Shown piece by piece: positions 51,596 to 64,000 of a DNA stretch of 64,000 nucleotides (positions are counted from its first letter, which is position 1; every line of letters begins with the position of its first letter). The notes below the pieces were generated by a model, which was given only the letters and a program-made list of their open reading frames with translations, was not told where the DNA came from and ran no database searches. Position numbers and translations under genes: made by a program. This DNA is from Octopus bimaculoides (taxonomy: Eukaryota): NCBI RefSeq assembly GCF_001194135.2, contig NC_068984.1, forward strand, positions 37,572,307 to 37,636,306, read 5' to 3'.

Positions 51596-52644
51596 ACCTC
51601 CAACTGGAAGAGTTATCTGGGTGACTGCTTCATTCTTTGGCATGGAAACATAAAGAGACTGAAAGAATTTCAAGCACTTATAAATGGATTAGGCATAAAC
51701 ATTCAGTTTACGATGGAATGTAGACATCAACAACTCTCATTCCTCGACATTCTCATTAAGAAGTCCAACNNNNNNNNNNNNNNNNNNNNNNNNNNNNNNN
51801 NNNNNNNNNNNNNNNNNNNNNNNNNNNNNNNNNNNNNNNNNNNNNNNNNNNNNNNNNNNNNNNNNNNNNNNNNNNNNNNNNNNNNNNNNNNNNNNNNNNN
51901 NNNNNNNNNNNNNNNNNNNNNNNNNNNNNNNNNNNNNNNNNNNNNNNNNNNNNNNNNNNNNNNNNNNNNNNNNNNNNNNNNNNNNNNNNNNNNNNTATAT
52001 ATATATATATTTATATATATATATATATACATATACTATAAGCCCACGAACTCCAAGCAATACCGTTCAGCTCATGCCACCCAAGACACACTAGAATGAA
52101 TATCCCCTTCAACCTGGCAAAAAGGATTTGTACTATAGTTTCTAAAACGAACACCAGGGATACACGACTACATGAACTAAAGGATACGCTCATCACCAGG
52201 AACTACCCACCATCACTATTTGATATAGGTTTTCAACGTGCCCTAGAACTCAATATCCATGAACTCAGACATCTCAAACTAAACAACGATTTACAACAAA
52301 AAGCCCTACCATACATCTCCACACACAACCCCCTTAACAGTGAAGCCTTCGATACCATCCTCCAGAACATTCCTCTACTAAAAAGGGACCACAGAATGAA
52401 TTTAATCCCCCAGACACACACCATTATAAAGAGCAAAAGACAACCCAAATCTATGAAAACTCTCCTAACACAAGCCCAAGTACACTCAGCAACAAGACTG
52501 AAGCCGTCAGTAAAAAAAATGCGGAAGACCTAACTGTGGTATGTGCTTCAACCTAATTGAGGGATCGGAGTTCTCCTTCAAACAAGGTCAACGTTTTACA
52601 GTGAAAAGCAACTTCACATGTGCTTCGAAAAACCTTATATATAT
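51596..52644 (+). mobile_element. Penelope-like RT C-terminus + start of GIY-YIG linker
   Basis: NWKSYLGDCFILW...IQFTME...LSFLDILI [gap] YYKPTNSKQY...HPRHTRMNIPFNLAKRICTIVS...RNYP...KSKRQPK...FTCASKNLIY. Confidence 0.9.
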
Positions 52645-52732
52645 NNNNNNNNNNNNNNNNNNNNNNNNNNNNNNNNNNNNNNNNNNNNNNNNNNNNNNNN
52701 NNNNNNNNNNNNNNNNNTATATATATATATAT

Positions 52733-52772
<40 letters not shown>

Positions 52773-52825
52773 GTACACACACACACACACACACACAGAG
52801 AAGCGTTTTAACTGAATTGATAGTG

Positions 52826-53028
52826 AAGGCGCATGCATGGCTCAGTAGCATCGGCTTTTGCCTTTCCCTTGGATAACATCGGTGACGTGGAGAAGAGAGG
52901 CTGGTATACATGGGCTGGTATGCATGGGCGACTGCTGGTCTTCCAACGCTACCCGGACTTGTACCTTGGATGGGAACTTTCTGGGAGCAATCCCATGATC
53001 ATTCATGACCGAAGGGGGTCTTTAACCT
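52826..53028 (+). mobile_element. SINE family C, internally deleted
   Basis: Short head, then ttgcctttcccttggataacatcggtg...gcaatcccatgatcattcatgaccgaagg matching 42118-42270. Confidence 0.8.
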
Positions 53029-53169
53029 AACTGAATTAATGCAAGAATGGAACAACACACCAATACTATTTCTTATTTATAGTTGGCGTAGATGTCACCA
53101 CGTGCTTACTCTTTTTTCGTTTCTTTTTCTTTCTTTTTTTTTTCTTTTTGAAACCATGTAGTATCAGTC

Positions 53170-53201
<32 letters not shown>

Positions 53202-53717
53202 ATTTCTTTACATATATTCTATCGACCGTTGGATATTAACGTTGCCAAAAATAGAAATCAAACAAAGTAGTTGGGTCGATATGCTGACTGAAACCGTATG
53301 AAACTGTCCTCTAACATGGCCATTGTCCAGCGACCAAAATCGCTAAAGGAAAAAAAAGTATAATAATTATTATGCAAAATATTTTTAGTACTTTTTTTAA
53401 GTAAACGCAGTTTTTAAAAATGCAGTACTGCTTCATATCTATGTGTTCATTGTCACATGATGCTCCTCTAATTAAAAAACACCTTCAAACTTCTTATTAG
53501 TACATTTTCGTTATGAATTTGTTTAGTACTTGTTTTTGACTTTTTTTTTTACCTTCCTTTTAGTTTTTGACCGGATTCATTGCGCTAACCATTCCAACGG
53601 GCAGTTTCGTCTGAAATAAGAAAAACGTAACTGATTGTAGTAAATACACACTCACATACACATGTAAACGCTCTCATAAATCATGTGTGCGTGTGTGTGC
53701 GTGTGTGTGCGTGTGTG

Positions 53718-54017
53718 AAGGCGCGTAGCTTAGAGGTTAGGGCAATCGGTTCACGATCGTAATGTCGTGAGTCCAATTCCCGGCGACGCGTTGTATCCTT
53801 GAGCAAGACACTTTGTTTCACGTTCCTCCAGTCCACTCAGCTGGCAAAAATGAATAGCACTTGTATTTCTGTGTCACGTTCAATCTCCCTGATAGCTACC
53901 TTAAGAACGCATGTGTCTGTGGAGTGTTCAGCCACATAAAAGTTAATTTCACGAGCAGGCTGTTCCATTGATCGGATCAACTGGAACCCTCGTCGTTGTA
54001 AGCGACGGAGTGCCACA
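53718..54017 (+). mobile_element. SINE family D (tRNA head shared in style with family C, different tail)
   Basis: ggcgcgtagcttagaggttaggg (A-box-like)...gtgagtccaattccc (B-box-like)...ttgagcaagacactt...ggaaccctcgtcgttgtaagcgacggagtgcca. Confidence 0.85.
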
Positions 54018-54030
54018 TATAAGTGTGTGT

Positions 54031-54070
<40 letters not shown>

Positions 54071-54599
54071 TATGTATATATTTTTGCGTGTGTATTTCTG
54101 TATGCGTATAGATATACATATATATGTTTACATGTATGCTTATATACATTTACATATGATTGTATATATGTGTGCATATCTGTGTGTGTGCGCGCGTATA
54201 TATGTATTTGTGCATTTATTTTTCACAATAACTGGAACGAAACGTGATGCAAGCTTCTTTCTATAATCCAATGATAATATTCTGTAATCTCATACACAAT
54301 ATCTCCTTATTAAGTCACCACAAGGTATAACTAAATTTTGTAAGTATAACCTCTGAGTATGGAGTGTGTCGGGTTGAAGAGAATTACTGATTCATAGAAT
54401 GTAACAGCATAACTGAATAATAGAATAGAATCCTAAATATACTATGTTATTCTTCATCGTTTTTGAAAACACTGTAAATAAACTCCGTAAAAATGCGATG
54501 TGTATGGGTAAACGTTTAAGTGTGTGCATATATGTATACGTACAAACGTGTGTGTATATGTATGTAGGTGGTGGGGGTGTGCGAACAAAACTTTTATCC

Positions 54600-55195
54600 A
54601 TTACTTTTTACTGGTTTCATGGACTGCGGTCATGCTGGAGCACCGCGTTGAAAAATTTTAGTCGAACGAATTGACCTCAGTATTTGTGTATTTTAAGCCC
54701 GGTATCTTTTGCCGAACCGCTAAATTACGTAGGCGTAATTACACTAACACAGCAGTTAGTGGTGAAGGACAAAACATACACACAAACACACATACACACA
54801 CATATATAAAATATACATACTTTCAGTTTTTTGTCTACCACATCCACTCACAAGCCTTTGGTCGGCCCGAGACTATAGTAGAAGACATTTGCCTAAGGTG
54901 CCATGCGGTTTTTTAAGCCCGGTATCTTTTGCCGAACCGCTATATTACGTAGGCGTAATTACACTAACACAGCAGTTAGTGGTGAAGGACAAAACATACA
55001 CACAAACACACATACACACACATATATAAAATATACATACTTTCAGTTTTTTGTCTACCACATCCACTCACAAGCCTTTGGTCGGCCCGAGACTATAGTA
55101 GAAGACATTTGCCTAAGGTGCCACGCGGTGGGACTGAATCCGGAACCATGTGGCTGGAAAGCAAACTTCTTACCACATCACCTCGCCTGCGCTTG
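54600..55195 (-). mobile_element. SINE family B containing a 220-bp tandem duplication
   Basis: Units 54691-54910 and 54911-55130 are nearly identical; head at ~55130-55195. Confidence 0.9.
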
Positions 55196-55199
55196 TATA

Positions 55200-55231
55200 T
55201 ATATATATGTACACATGCACACACATACACA

Positions 55232-55285
<54 letters not shown>

Positions 55286-55748
55286 NNNNNNNNNNNNNNN
55301 NNNNNNNNNNNNNNNNNNNNNNNNNNNNNNNNNNNNNNNNNNNNNNNNNNNNNNNNNNNNNNNNNNNNNNNNNNNNNNNNNNNNNNNNNNNNNNNNNNNN
55401 NNNNNNNNNNNNNNNNNNNNNNNNNNNNNNNNNNNNNNNNNNNNNNNNNNNNNNNNNNNNNNNNNNNNNNNNNNNNNNNNNNNNNNNNNNNNNNNNNNNN
55501 NNNNNNNNNNNNNNNNNNNNNNNNNNNNNNNNNNNNNNNNNNNNNNNNNNNNNNNNNNNNNNNNNNNNNNNNNNNNNNNNNNNNNNNNNNNNNNNNNNNN
55601 NNNNNNNNNNNNNNNNNNNNNNNNNNNNNNNNNNNNNNNNNNNNNNNNNNNNNNNNNNNNNNNNNNNNNNNNNNNNNNNNNNNNNNNNNNNNNNNNNNNN
55701 NNNNNNNNNNNNNNNNNNNNNNNNNNNNNNNNNNNNNNNNNNNNNNNN

Positions 55749-55790
<42 letters not shown>
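55200..55790. repeat. (CA)n - gap - (TG)n
   Basis: Direct reading; repeats are in opposite orientation on either side of gap 55286-55748. Confidence 0.9.
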
Positions 55791-55793
<3 letters not shown>

Positions 55794-57045
55794 CTTCATA
55801 TTATACGTATATAAATAATACATATATAAAGCTAACCAAAAATATCCCCGTTCGATACTTTTGAGTTTTTTTTTGTTTGTTTGTTTGTTTTTTTGCTATA
55901 TTTTTTGTTGCTATTTGTTTCTGTCTTGTGTAGAATATTGGTTGCATTAATTTATTTATCATTTGTTCGGTTTGCAAAACATGTACCTGTGTGCCTTTGT
56001 GCATGTACAATATTATACCCGTCTAATATATGTGTGTGTGTATGTGTGAGTGCGTGTGTGTTTGTGTGAGTGTGTGCGTTTGTATGTATATATATATATG
56101 TGTGTGTGTGTATATATACACACACATATATATATACTTCTATGTATGGTGTGTGAGCTGGTGTATATGAGTATATGTGTGTTAGTGTGTGTACAAAAAT
56201 TTTTAATCGCCTACATATACTCATACATCTGTAAATACACTGAATACATTTTTTATACATCTCTGTAATTGTTTTGTATTATTTTTATTCTAAAGTATAA
56301 ATTCTCTCTCTCTCTTTCTCCCTCTATCTCTCTCCCTCTCTCTCTCTCACTCACTCTCTCGCTCGCTCTGTGTTTTCTGTGCCTTATCGATCGACGGTGA
56401 ACTTTTTAAAACATATTGTCTTAACTGTAGGGTTACGTCAACAAGATCAGAATGAAAGCAAAGAGAAATCAATACGAGCTAATCAATGAAGAGGGTTATT
56501 CATATAAATCAATCTTTTCTGTATGTAGATCGAATAGAATATTCGACGTTAAAGACGCAGAACATTGGAGGTTATAAACATGAATTATAGCCTTGATATT
56601 TTGGGGGTTATATATATATACATATACATATGTGTGTGTACCTGTCTCTGTGTGTGTATGTGTATGTGTATATATGTGTTGGGGGGATATGTATGGTTAT
56701 TAAAGTATATATAAAAACAATTTAACATCAAACTGAAGGATTACTCAATACTTTTAAGCGGAGTACATGTATATTAACAAAGAAAAGATTGCTCATAGGC
56801 AAACGGTAAAAAAGAGTACTCAATAATTGATGTTTCAGAATGTATTATTCGTTCGGAGCTGATGGTTCGATTTCAAGCCGCGTGCACAGTCCTCGGGTGA
56901 CAATTTCTTTTAGCATTTTGAGGAACTCTTCTGAAGAGAAATTCTAAGTAGCATTCGAGTGAATCAACAGCTTGAAACGAATGAATACATGTGTATGTAT
57001 GTGCGTATATATGTAGGTAGGTAGGTAGGTAGGTAGGTCCGTCGG

Positions 57046-57092
<47 letters not shown>

Positions 57093-57500
57093 GCTCTATT
57101 CTCGCCAACGCCGCTGTGAGCGCTACATTGTTTGTACAATGTAGAAAATGACTCCCAATGGGGATAATATTATTTTGTATAATACGGAAAATATTTTTCA
57201 ATGTGGAAAATATTTTCCAAATTTTCCAAATGACGCCGACATCAAGTTCACAAGTCATCCAAAGCTTACCCACCTTCACCGTTCCGTACCAGGTGTCTCC
57301 TACAAAAATTGAGTTCACATCACATAACAAGGTCACAACACATTTTTACCTCAATAGGTGTTGCTGCTTTATTCAAAATTATCCAGAAAGAAATTTTAAA
57401 AAATAAAGCTTAACATTCAAGTGATATTGGGACAAATTCCTCCAAGAAATACCAAATACCGATATTCAAATACATTAAAGCAAACAACCCCCGGCTCAAA
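57093..57500 (+). mobile_element. CR1-group LINE 3' relic
   Basis: LYSRQRRCERYIVCTM*KM (cf. LYSLQRRRERY...WK); IKFTSHPKL; WDKFLQEIP. Confidence 0.7.
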
Positions 57501-58269
57501 TGAGTTTAGATGAACCAAAAACATGACTTAAAAGACTACCCCAAGGGCTGCTAAGTTTGACATGGTTTGAGCCAGTAATACCCGAAGCCTATTTCAGCTG
57601 CGTGAGTGTTTTTCTTTTTCTCTTTTTCATTTTTTTTTTCTTCTTTTCATATATTTCATTCCAAATACGTTGTTGAGATTCTTAAGATGGAATGCCTATT
57701 TTCTTCAACTTCGGTAACAGGTTCGATAATAACACTTATTGCAAGTAAGTATATGCTGCATACCTCGTTTAGATCATACTGCTACAATTTGCCAGGTGAA
57801 TAATATTATGTTTGTGGGAATGGCATTATTTTTATGCATCTTTAATATCACTTGAATCTATTTTAACCAACTACGAGGTTTATATGCCCCTGTTTCTGCT
57901 ACACTGATTTTTTTTGATATCCACTTTATTATCTCGACGACTACTCAAGTTATGACAAATTCTTTTATCAGCAGTTACAAATATACTATGTTGGAAGAAA
58001 GCTATATCCATAGACATGGTTGTGCCATTTTCAAAAACTTGTTGAGAGGTTGAAGTGTTTTGCTCAAGAACTCAATGCATAGCCTGGTCAGGTAATCATA
58101 ACCACACCACGATATTACGATCGTGAGTACGACCAAGCCACGAGGCCATACTACATCGCAATACAGAATAAAATGGAACTTTTGTATTTCTCCTTTCGTA
58201 TACAATCTCAAAGAGAAATCCAAACAGAAGGCGTTCTGCATTTTAAAAAGTTGAAGGAAGAATTTCAAC

Positions 58270-58640
58270 ACTAGTTTCCAGAGGTTGTCCAAGAATATTC
58301 CTTAATGATCATCGATCCACTCACAGCAAAAATCAACAAAATTCCAGAAACGATTCAAGAGGAATTCTTCGAATTGACAAATGACCTTGCTGCACCACAA
58401 GTTCTCCACAATATTTCTTCTTCCCTTGAAAGCCTTTGGACTTGCATGTAAAATAATTATCTTTGTGTCATAGATCACGCATTAAGAATCCTTCTCCCAT
58501 TTGTATCAATGCAATTTTGTGAACGTAGATTTCTTCACTTTTCAAAGTCAAATCAAATTATAAAAACTTTTTAGATATTGAAAATTATCTCCGATCTGCT
58601 TTAGCAAATACTGTCTACCAAACGTATTCAAAAATTATTA
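58270..58640 (+). mobile_element. hAT (Buster/Charlie-like) transposase dimerisation-domain relic
   Basis: IQEEFFELTND...SLWTCM*NNY...ALRILLPFVSMQFCERRF...KNFLDIENYLRSALAN. Confidence 0.75.
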
Positions 58641-58657
58641 ACTACATATTACAGAAA

Positions 58658-58854
58658 TATTGATTTCAAATTTTAGCATAAGGCCAGTAATCTCGGTGGA
58701 GGGGTCAAGTCGATTACATCGAACCCAGGGCCCAACTGGTACTTGTTTAATTAATCCCGAAGGAATGAAAGGTAAAGTCGACCTCGGTGGAATTTGAACT
58801 CAGAACGTAAAGATGGACGAAATGCCTCTAAGCATTTTGCCTGGTGTCTGCCTT
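58658..58854 (-). mobile_element. SINE family A with 12-bp target-site duplication
   Basis: ATATTACAGAAA at 58646-58657 and 58855-58866. Confidence 0.9.
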
Positions 58855-59506
58855 ATATTACAGAAACATTAAATTAGGATTTGTCATTATTTCTCATGCA
58901 TTTGCTTCCATTGTTTCCCTTTAGATTTCATTTTTTATGTTTAGTTGAATTTGTTCTGTTTAAGTTTGAGGTTATTTTCATTGATTTTATACTCAAGTAA
59001 TCCATCAAAATATTCAGTAAATAAAAGTGGTCTACAATAAGAAACCGGTTGGTAAAACCCTGATGTGATATATCCTTTCCTTATTTAAGACGGTAGAGTA
59101 CATATTGAGGTAGGTTGATTGCTGTCTCTAGCAGGTCAAGTTATCTACATGAAATAAACAATGATAATACCACTTCAGTGTAACTCCCTCAAATAAATCC
59201 TTTAATCGGTAGTCTTAAGAGGGGTTTAAATCTCCACGTATCACGTTCAACGATATAAAGTGGTTGAACCAATAGAAGATTTTAGGTGTCACTCCTGTAT
59301 ATCCGAAGCTAAATAGTCTTGGCTTTATCGGACACTACTCCTCTAATACTGATGCTATTGATTTTTATATCAGCATTGTCTGGACGGCAAAATATTGTCT
59401 AGTGAGTGTACGTGTTTCTGTACATGTATGTGTGTGTGTGTTTGCGCTTGTGTGCGTTTCTGACACAAAACTTACGTGTTGTGATTTTTATTATTCATTT
59501 GTGGGC

Positions 59507-59568
<62 letters not shown>

Positions 59569-60506
59569 CTCTAGTTAGGCCAGTTGGGGGTTTTATTATT
59601 TATTTATTTGGTTTTTGTTTTTATTTGCAATGAAGGTTATTCAGTTTTTATCATACTTTTTTACTTGTACGTCTTAAATGTAGACAAATATTATATATAT
59701 GTGTGCATGTAAGTATAAGTATGTATTTTTATAAGTACACGTACACCTACACACGTTTATACATATGCACACACACACTCAGACTATACATATATAAATA
59801 TATATATATACATATATTTGCATATGTGTGTATGTCTGTATATATATATATATATATATATATTGGTTGAGAGTAAGTATAAGAAAAGAGTCTACAAGTC
59901 TAAGAAGGTCTGATTTCCGTTCAAACCATTTCACCTCACTTGTTCCTCACATCTGTGATTCCCATTCAAACTCAATAAACTGAAGAGGAATGTGCACGGC
60001 AAGGTTAATTCGTTCTTGAAACACTTCATAAAACCAAAGATTTTTCTGATGACCATTTAAATATGTGAGGCTTTCGTTTCATTTGTAGTAGCTTTCCTTT
60101 TTTTTTTTTTTTTTTGGCTCACACCTAAACATCACACTTTCACTCTTTTTCTGCTTCCATTTTCCTTTGTTTTCTCTATGTTTAATTTTATATGTGTATA
60201 TATATATATATATACATACATATATGTGTGTGTGTGTGCGTGCGTGTATGTGTAGATATTAAGTGTTTGGTTCAAATTTACGTCGCTAAAAGTTTTACAG
60301 ACACAAAAAAGCAATAAGGGCTTCTAAAGAAGTTTGATTGTTTAGAAGCCATTACTATCTCGCCTCTCAATAATCAGATGCCTTTTTGCTTCTTCAAAAC
60401 ATTTAGTCGATTAAATGTGAGTCAAATTCTTAGAACAAAATTTTAACCTTCACGTTATATATTGAGTACCTTTTCCTTTCGTTTTCACGCGTAGATAGAT
60501 AGATAT

Positions 60507-60554
<48 letters not shown>

Positions 60555-61120
60555 CTGGAGGAAGGGAGCGATTTCTTTATTTAGCCACACAGGGCTTAGC
60601 ACAGAGGGGACAATACAATGTAGAATTTTTCTTTTTCGAAATCGATCAAAAGGGATCGAAAAAAAATACGTTAGTGGGGCGTGTACACAAATAGAGAACA
60701 AGGTGACTTTTTTTTTTTTTTNNNNNNNNNNNNNNNNNNNNNNNNNNNNNNNNNNNNNNNNNNNNNNNNNNNNNNNNNNNNNNNNNNNNNNNNNNNNNNN
60801 NNNNNNNNNNNNNNNNNNNNNNNNNNNNNNNNNNNNNNNNNNNNNNNNNNNNNNNNNNNNNNNNNNNNNNNNNNNNNNNNNNNNNNNNNNNNNNNNNNNN
60901 NNNNNNNNNNNNNNNNNNNNNNNNNNNNNNNNNNNNNNNNNNNNNNNNNNNNNNNNNNNNNNNNNNNNNNNNNNNNNNNNNNNNNNNNNNNNNNNNNNNN
61001 NNNNNNNNNNNNNNNNNNNNNNNNNNNNNNNNNNNNNNNNNNNNNNNNNNNCATAGCCACCAGTACGATGAAAATTGCCTTGCCTTCCCGATTAAAGGAA
61101 GGCGGCGGGGTAATATTCAC

Positions 61121-61121
<1 letters not shown>

Positions 61122-61197
<76 letters not shown>

Positions 61198-61245
61198 GTA
61201 GGTAGGTAGGTTGAAAGATAGATAGACAGACAGACAGACAGACTT
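61122..61245. repeat. (GATA)n/(GGTA)n/(GACA)n tetranucleotide tract (similar tracts at 57015-57090 and 60493-60553)
   Basis: Direct reading. Confidence 0.95.
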
Positions 61246-64000
61246 ATTTGTGAAGGTCGCCGACTTGGTCAAAGCTTCTGGATATGTATCCAGTGTTATT
61301 CATTCAATAATGTTCTTTAGTCTAATGTCCATGATTAAATTATTGTATTCAGCTCAAACTATCACGCCTGGAAACATATCGTTTGGTGCTTTCATTCTAT
61401 CAACTGTTTTTGGTTTTAATCTTTTTTCAGAGACTTCCATTTACAAGCAACGATCTAGGTTATTACTAATTACTAAACAAGTAATTACTGATTTACTACA
61501 ATTATTCTTCAAACTTCTAATCTCACCTTTACAGATGAATAATGATTATTTACAACTACATGACGTTTTTTTCAGTATGGATATCCGTTATCAGATGTCT
61601 TAGTCCTACATGCGTGCATAGTACCATACTGGATTCGTATTCATGCCATTTCTTTCTAAAAATTAAGGGTGAAAATAATCTTATCCACAAAATCAATGAC
61701 ACAAGTACATTTAAGACTACGTTTTTAGGCATTTTAAATTTATATATTAATAAAGTAAAGCATATTGAGTCAATAATATTAATAATATTATTAAGAAAAG
61801 CATACTGAGTCAATTCCATGTTTAAGTTTTCATTAAAAACTATATGTATTAGTCCTTTAGTTTCCCTAAGTTTTTACTGAGTTTCTCTATCAATCATGGA
61901 ATTTTTTTCTTTTTTTAGCTGTAAAGTTTCATTTTCATGAAATGTATGTTTAGCCATCATTAATTTTATTTTTTCCTTCCGCAAATGTATTTGATGTTAT
62001 AAATGCAGTTCTTAGGTTCAAACCATTCTTTGGTATACTTGTGAAAAGGATAGAAGTCGAAATCAGTACATCCGTACAATTGAAACTTACTACTACTGGA
62101 CTCTACTAAAACAATGAGTTTTTCATTTGATACAGTGATAAGAAAGGAATTGTCAAATGTCTTTAACAGCGAGTATTATTTTAAATATTGTTTACCGATG
62201 TTTACTGGTTGATACAATTAGCACGAAATCACAGGATTGGCTGGTTCATGTCACTGCCACTTAGGCACTCCCGTGTCCAAAACTTAGGCTCCATTCTAAC
62301 TATTATTCCCATTCCTTCTTCCATTGAACGTTTGTCCTCTGGAACTCCCATCCTGCTCTTGCATTTCTTGCTGATATTAACTTGCAAAAATTTAAACAGA
62401 AACTTTACAGCATGAGCCTCACCTGTTCTCAGAGAACCTGCGATGGCATAACACGGCTCCTTCATTGAGTCCAAGGTTGTAAAAAATATAAAAACATAAA
62501 ATAAAATACTTAAAATGAACAGAGTGGGTTCATCGTATTATAAAATATACTTATCAAACTGTTCCCCATAACCTAATCTGGTTAGATCCGATGTTATTAA
62601 CAAACCAATTCTGAGTTTTACACTGGACAGTGTAAACGCTTTTGTTAACCATTGTTGATTGTAGATTGTAAAGCGTTATTTTTTAAATACATAAGCTGAA
62701 CATCAACTATTTGGATCTCAAATCGACCAACCGAATCAATCTTACCTGTCTATGAAAAAGAATCACTGTTCTTGCATCTTTCATCAAGCTAAACGAATAA
62801 TCGCTATAATCAATGCTCCTACGCCGCAACAGATGTTCCGACAATCTGAATATGAAGAAGGAATAACAGAAAAACAGGACTATAACTATACAAATTTTAT
62901 TGGAACAGCCCCCAAATAATAATGCTAATATATTTTGTTTAGCATAATATTCGTGAACAATCCTTTTGCGTGACTTGGTCTTACGTGGCAGATTTGAACA
63001 TTTGACTGTATTTTTTATTTTTTATTTTTTCAAATCCTTTTTTTAAAATGATTTTTACCTTCATTAGAAATATTGCACCAATGATTTTCTTCATATAATC
63101 CCTTGCACATAGTGCTTCCAGACTTTGTATTATCGTCGTAAAACACCATCTATTTTATGTGAACTTTACTTGTCACCATTACACACGACTTTCAATCATA
63201 AACCATTCGCACTTGACATTCAAGTACCTTCGTGCGAATTAACAAGTGATTCTCATTGTGGTTGTCTCCTTGCTAAAAAACAAAATCAGCCAAATATATC
63301 TCAAGCCTTGTTATGCTATTCTAAAAGTGATGAATAAATATATTTTCAAAAATCATTTACGGGATATATGGCAATAGCAAAAGAGTAGATGCTGATCGAT
63401 CGATGCAACTTTGGCAAAAGAAAATGTAGTGCAACGCACGGCTCGACATGATTTACGGAAGAAATCTGAAAGTGGTCACTTCGTACAAAACAGATATGGA
63501 AATTGTTGGGGAATTAAGTACATCCAAGTAAAAAAACTCATGCATAGGAACCTCGCCATGGCCGTTCGACCTGCTAGAAATAACAACAAAATCTCCATCA
63601 AACCTCGCGCTACTATTTTATAAGGAAGACATTTTGAATAATGTTGTCCGGAGTACACTGTGCTTGCTCAAAAAATTGGACAAGAGAATATTCTTTTAAT
63701 CGTTGATCTTTTCGATCAGAGCTGACTTGATAAACCAGAACGCCAAATTTTCACGAAAACTGCAAATGACATCCGAATACGGTAACGAAAATGGAGGTAC
63801 CTCGATTATCTCCCCTCTTACATATTGGTTTTTATGCAGTAAATGGACTAAAGTCCATTACAAACCAATATGCAAAATTTCAGCTGCAATAACTGCAATA
63901 GCAAATGTACACTGCTCTAAACATATCACAATATTTAAACATACAATAGTAAAATTCTAAAGGACTAGAAAGAACTTTATGGAACTAAAACACTACATTG

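Noticed and set aside
48886-52644. Idea that the two Penelope pieces are one element split by a 2.6-kb inversion
   Set aside because: They overlap at NWKRYLDDCFIL and differ at about 8 of 36 nt there, so they are separate copies.
57137-57290. Apparent phase 1-1 exon (ENDSQW...HRSVPG) and piggyBac-like VGDTWYGTVK on the opposite strand
   Set aside because: The region is better explained as a CR1-group LINE 3' relic (LYSRQRRCERY...WDKFLQEIP).
6809-58854. tRNA genes or CRISPR-like repeat arrays
   Set aside because: The tRNA-like A/B boxes all belong to SINE heads, and no regularly spaced repeat-spacer array exists.
111-61133. Long ORFs in the track rich in X, YI, VC, HT, N or L runs (e.g. 20315-21241, 54903-55793)
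   Set aside because: They are read-through of N-gaps and di/tri-nucleotide microsatellites, not genes.

Overview
AT-rich, microsatellite-dense eukaryotic DNA with 14 assembly gaps. The SINE families and repeat landscape look like an octopus (coleoid cephalopod) genome; this is inferred from recalled repeat families, not a database match. No intact host gene, RNA gene or CRISPR array could be supported. The window is mostly decayed mobile elements. These include a nest of R4/Dong-type REL-endonuclease retrotransposon fragments in the first 15 kb, Penelope and Naiad-type PLE relics, and RTE and CR1-like LINE scraps. DNA transposon relics include a Tc1 element with DD37E spacing and ~310-320 bp IR/DR termini, plus mariner, Chapaev3-like, Tigger/pogo and hAT fragments. 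There are about 20 tRNA-type SINE copies in four families. Almost all long ORFs in the supplied track are artefacts of N-runs and simple repeats. The most notable observations are the DD37E IR/DR transposon, the microsatellite-associated retrotransposon nest, a 95-bp fold-back made from a retrotransposon fragment, a possible decayed hammerhead ribozyme behind a Naiad element, and a weak chain of small exon candidates at 11.4-12.4 kb. I found no convincing new biological system.
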